Positions 61,457-64,000 of a DNA stretch of 64,000 nt are shown one piece after another. The stretch is from an uncultured delta proteobacterium (lineage in GTDB: Bacteria; Myxococcota; Myxococcia; Myxococcales; Myxococcaceae), in the NCBI GenBank assembly GCA_963771175.1, contig CAVYSY010000002.1, positions 107,011-171,010 on the forward strand, written 5' to 3'. The translations under genes were made by a program, and so were the position numbers. Position 1 is the stretch's first letter. Every line of letters starts with the position of its first letter. The notes under the pieces were generated by a model. The model saw only the letters and a program-made list of their open reading frames with translations. It did no database searches and had not been told where the DNA came from.

Positions 61457-61814
61457 CTGGCATCAAGAACTCCTTTCACAACCGGTGAAGGGACGGCTGC
61501 TCCGAGGGAGTAGGCCCGCCCAGATGGGGTTGTGAAGGGAACTCTAAGTTCGAGTTTCGCAGTTTCAGGCGGCCTGGAGGAGCGAGCGGCGGATGCGCTG
61601 GTGGGCTGAGTAGCCCTCGCTCCCGGTGGCGCCTTGCAGCCTGCCTGAAGATGGCGCAGAGGAGCGACAGTGGAGCGCGCATCGACAGGACATTAGAGGT
61701 CATGCAGGAGAAGCGCATGAGAGCGGTGGGCTGATGAAGCCGGGGCCAGCACCGCCTTGGCCAACAGAAGGCCCGCCATGATGCCCCCCTGTGTCAGGGT
61801 AGTTGACGGTTGGA

Positions 61815-61915
61815 GTCACCTCCTGGATGGGACACAGCAGCAGCCATCCCTGGAAGCATCTGGACGTGACGAAGTAGCAACCCTCTTCCTGGAATATCCT
61901 CAGCGGCCAGCCCAT
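61815..61915 (-). mobile_element. Y1 (IS200/RAYT-like) transposase N-terminal remnant
   Basis: MGWPLRIFQEEGCYFVTSRCFQG.LLL resembles the Y1-transposase start (R.....YxVTxR); no HUH motif follows. Confidence 0.55.
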
Positions 61916-62074
61916 CGCCTCCCCTCCGCACACTCCGCGAGGCCGAATGCACTCCACGGGCCAGTCGCAAGCCCTCGGAAAGACTGGGAGACCAGTAGGT
62001 TCACCCGTCCATACCAAGTCCATACCGAGTCTTGTTCGTGTTCGGGTTCAGCGTATCGAGTTCTTTGATACCGT

Positions 62075-62300
62075 CGGGGGAGCCAGGATGAGGCCCTGCC
62101 ACTCCGTCTCGAAGAGGAACTCACACGGCCTCGTCAGGTCGACGAGCGAGAAGTCCCCCGGCTCCAATCCAATACGCCTCGGAGCCCTGTCGCACCGTGC
62201 TGGTCCCGGCAAACTGGAGGTTGACAAAGCAGGCGCCCGGAGACAGGCGGGGAATGTCGCGAGCGTCGCGACACACCCGCTGTGCTTCGGAACTGTGCGC
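62075..62300 (-). pseudogene. AraC-family regulator ligand-binding domain fragment, frameshifted
   Basis: AQRVCR..RDI...CFVNLQFAGTSTVRQG followed in another frame by LEPGDFSLVDLTRP.EF.F. Confidence 0.6.
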
Positions 62301-62406
62301 ATCCCGGTCTCGGGTTGGCATTCCAGTGTCTGCCTGGAATTTCATACCAGCCCGATGCCCAGTGCTCTCCGACAGACCCCTGAAAAGACAAAGCCCGGAG
62401 GACAAA

Positions 62407-63081
62407 TCACCACAAGCAGTAGCTTGTCCCAGTGTACGACGGGGATTCGACGGCCGCCGTCCCGATGAAATTCCCATTCGCATCGACGTTTACGATGCCG
62501 CACACCACGACCCATGGGAACCCGTTCCAATCGGTGGCGGATGCGGACTGGTCAGGAAGACTCGGATTCGTGAAGTCCACCGTCACTGTGCGCGCCCTGG
62601 GCTTCGGATTCCAGGGCCAGGTGCTGCCCGTGCACTCCCCATCGAAGTGCCGGCACACCGACCGCTGCCTGCACACGGAGGTCGGGCCATAGCATGCGTA
62701 GTACGAGCCCCTCCACACGCACTTACCGACGCCCTGTCCCTCACAGTTATACCGGCAGAGGTCCAGCTCGTGGGAGCCGTACGTCGCGAGATCACCATTC
62801 AAATAGGAGGTGCACCCCTTGTCCTCGATCCAGTCGTTGTTCAGGTCTGGCCCCACGCTGGTGATGAGGTCGCTGAACGGCCCCTGGTCGTAGTAGGAGA
62901 TGAGCGGCAACTGCTGCGCCGACACGGACCCCTCATCCGCTAACGGCTCGGTCTGGGCGACCTTAGGAACGCCCGGCGTCTCGGGCGCCGCGCCTATGTC
63001 CTCCACGGGACCACCACAGCCTGCGAGCCACACCGCACCAGCCACCACGGACAACTTCACGAATAACCGACTCCACATCAC
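62407..63081 (-). CDS. Cys-rich lipoprotein
   Basis: WLAG-CGG lipobox, acidic/Pro linker ending VSAQ, 10-Cys mature region ending SYCLW. Confidence 0.8.
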   Translation of the reverse strand: MMWSRLFVKLSVVAGAVWLAGCGGPVEDIGAAPETPGVPKVAQTEPLADEGSVSAQQLPLISYYDQGPFSDLITSVGPDLNNDWIEDKGCTSYLNGDLATYGSHELDLCRYNCEGQGVGKCVWRGSYYACYGPTSVCRQRSVCRHFDGECTGSTWPWNPKPRARTVTVDFTNPSLPDQSASATDWNGFPWVVVCGIVNVDANGNFIGTAAVESPSYTGTSYCLW

Positions 63082-63169
63082 GTTCCACTCCGAGCTGTTT
63101 GGGATAAAACGCTCTCCCGAGACATGGGACAGCGACGGCCCCAGGTTTACTCGAAAGCGCTACTGGCAT

Positions 63170-63455
63170 CTAGGAGCGTGTCGGGGAATCGGCCAGAGGG
63201 ACAGTGGCGCATAGCAGGCGCCATATGGCGCTACAGGCCCAGTGGTCATGAGGGGCGGACGAAGCGACTACTCGTCGTGCCGCCTCGCGGCGACCTCGCC
63301 GCTACGCGGCCTGCGCGGCCAAGCTGGGTAGCTCCCAACCCTGCTTCCACATCTTCTTGAGGTTGTGGACGGCGCACGCCAGCGAGAATTCTCCTCGCAC
63401 CTTGCTCAGCCCCCGCAGCGAGAAGCGTGGCAGGACTGTGTTCTTCACCTGCCCA
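63170..63455 (-). mobile_element. IS1182-like element right end (transposase tail plus putative terminal IR)
   Basis: GQVK....RFSLRGLSKVRGEFSLACAVHNLKKM tail; GAGCGTGTCGGGGA at 63174..63187 abutting CTAG. Confidence 0.7.
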
Positions 63456-63999
63456 ATTTTGATTCGTGGCCAGTCGCGTCTGAGCCATGCTTCCACCAGC
63501 GACTCATTCCTCTCGAGCGCCCGTGCGCGGGGCTGCTGCGGAGAGAAGCCCAGGCGGTGCAGTGGCTCGGCCAGGTAGTTGGGGTTGTAGACGACACCAA
63601 AGTGGCCCCGGATGAGGAGGGCGACTCGCTTCAGCGTCCACCGCTCTGTTGGGAAGCCCGCTGCGACGGCCCCTGCCTTCAGCAGTCCTCCCAACTCCTT
63701 CCATTGTTGCTGGGTCAGCTTGGAGGGGCGACCGGTGCGTGGCCGAGCTCTCAGTCCCGCCACGCCCTCTTGCTTCAACTTCCTGGACCATTCGCACACG
63801 GTGCCGGGGCTCACCCCCAGCCTCCGGGCTACCTCGCCCTGCGAATGGCGGCCGCTGCGCAGCAGCCGGGCCGCTGCCTTGCGCCGCTCCTCCATCTGCT
63901 CGACCGTCAGCTTCCTGGGCTGCCACGCCATGAGAAGTCTTCCATCTCCCCTATGGCGTAACCTCCGCTACCCTTCGGCAACTTCCCTGAAGGGGGTTA
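63456..63999 (-). mobile_element. IS630-family element left part (HTH ORF only)
   Basis: MEERR..AARLL..G.SQ.EVARRLGVS..TV..W, GRPSKL, WTLKRV..LI...FGV.Y, LGFS.Q.P..RA.ERNE.....W....WPRIK; TA at 63998..63999 is a plausible end. Confidence 0.85.
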
Positions 64000-64000
64000 G

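Noticed and set aside
61476..61718. Possible further transposase tail (…AIFRQAARRHRERG)
   Set aside because: Too short and not confidently assignable by eye.
1..64000. CRISPR arrays, tRNA, rRNA, integron attC arrays and FNR boxes
   Set aside because: No regularly spaced repeats, cloverleaf or rRNA-like segments, or TTGAT-N4-ATCAA sites were recognised by eye; a covariance-model scan could still find small RNAs.

Overview
High-GC myxobacterial DNA (Myxococcales, probably Archangium/Cystobacter-like, judged from gene families such as DUF2378 and the lipoprotein repertoire). Many genes are split by single-base frameshifts, extremely densely at about 27.5-44 kb; these look like consensus errors, so split genes are reported as reconstructed units. 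Layout: (1) a VWA gene and a giant polytopic membrane protein (0-6.5 kb); (2) a three-gene putative antibacterial locus (6.7-15.4 kb), the most novel item: a secreted SH3b protein, a ~1,660-aa protein joining a C39-like Cys protease, an M23-like/T6SS-effector-type backbone and a degenerate M15A-like fold, and a translationally coupled ~830-aa protein ending in a lysozyme/SLT-like domain, with the two large proteins sharing a ~210-aa module; (3) an internally deleted HemY, a lipoprotein toxin/immunity-like cassette beside a threonine aldolase 3' remnant, TonB-C, DUF4476-VWA and a SWIM-SNF2 helicase (15.4-25 kb); (4) a low-oxygen respiratory island (25-53 kb) with hemN, hemerythrin, cbb3 oxidase and maturation genes, alternative complex III led by a diheme cytochrome c and a NarI-like protein retaining one heme-ligand pair, GCGCA-N5-TGCGC boxes with sigma54 promoters, and two cytochrome c peroxidases; (5) a DTW protein with an apparently dead exonuclease-like tail; (6) a scrambled accessory end (56.5-64 kb) of gene fragments (Ada, Crp, RsmE, AraC), IS91/Y1/IS630/IS1182 remnants and intact Cys-rich lipoproteins. 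No rRNA, tRNA or CRISPR array was seen. All family assignments come from motif recognition by eye, not database searches.
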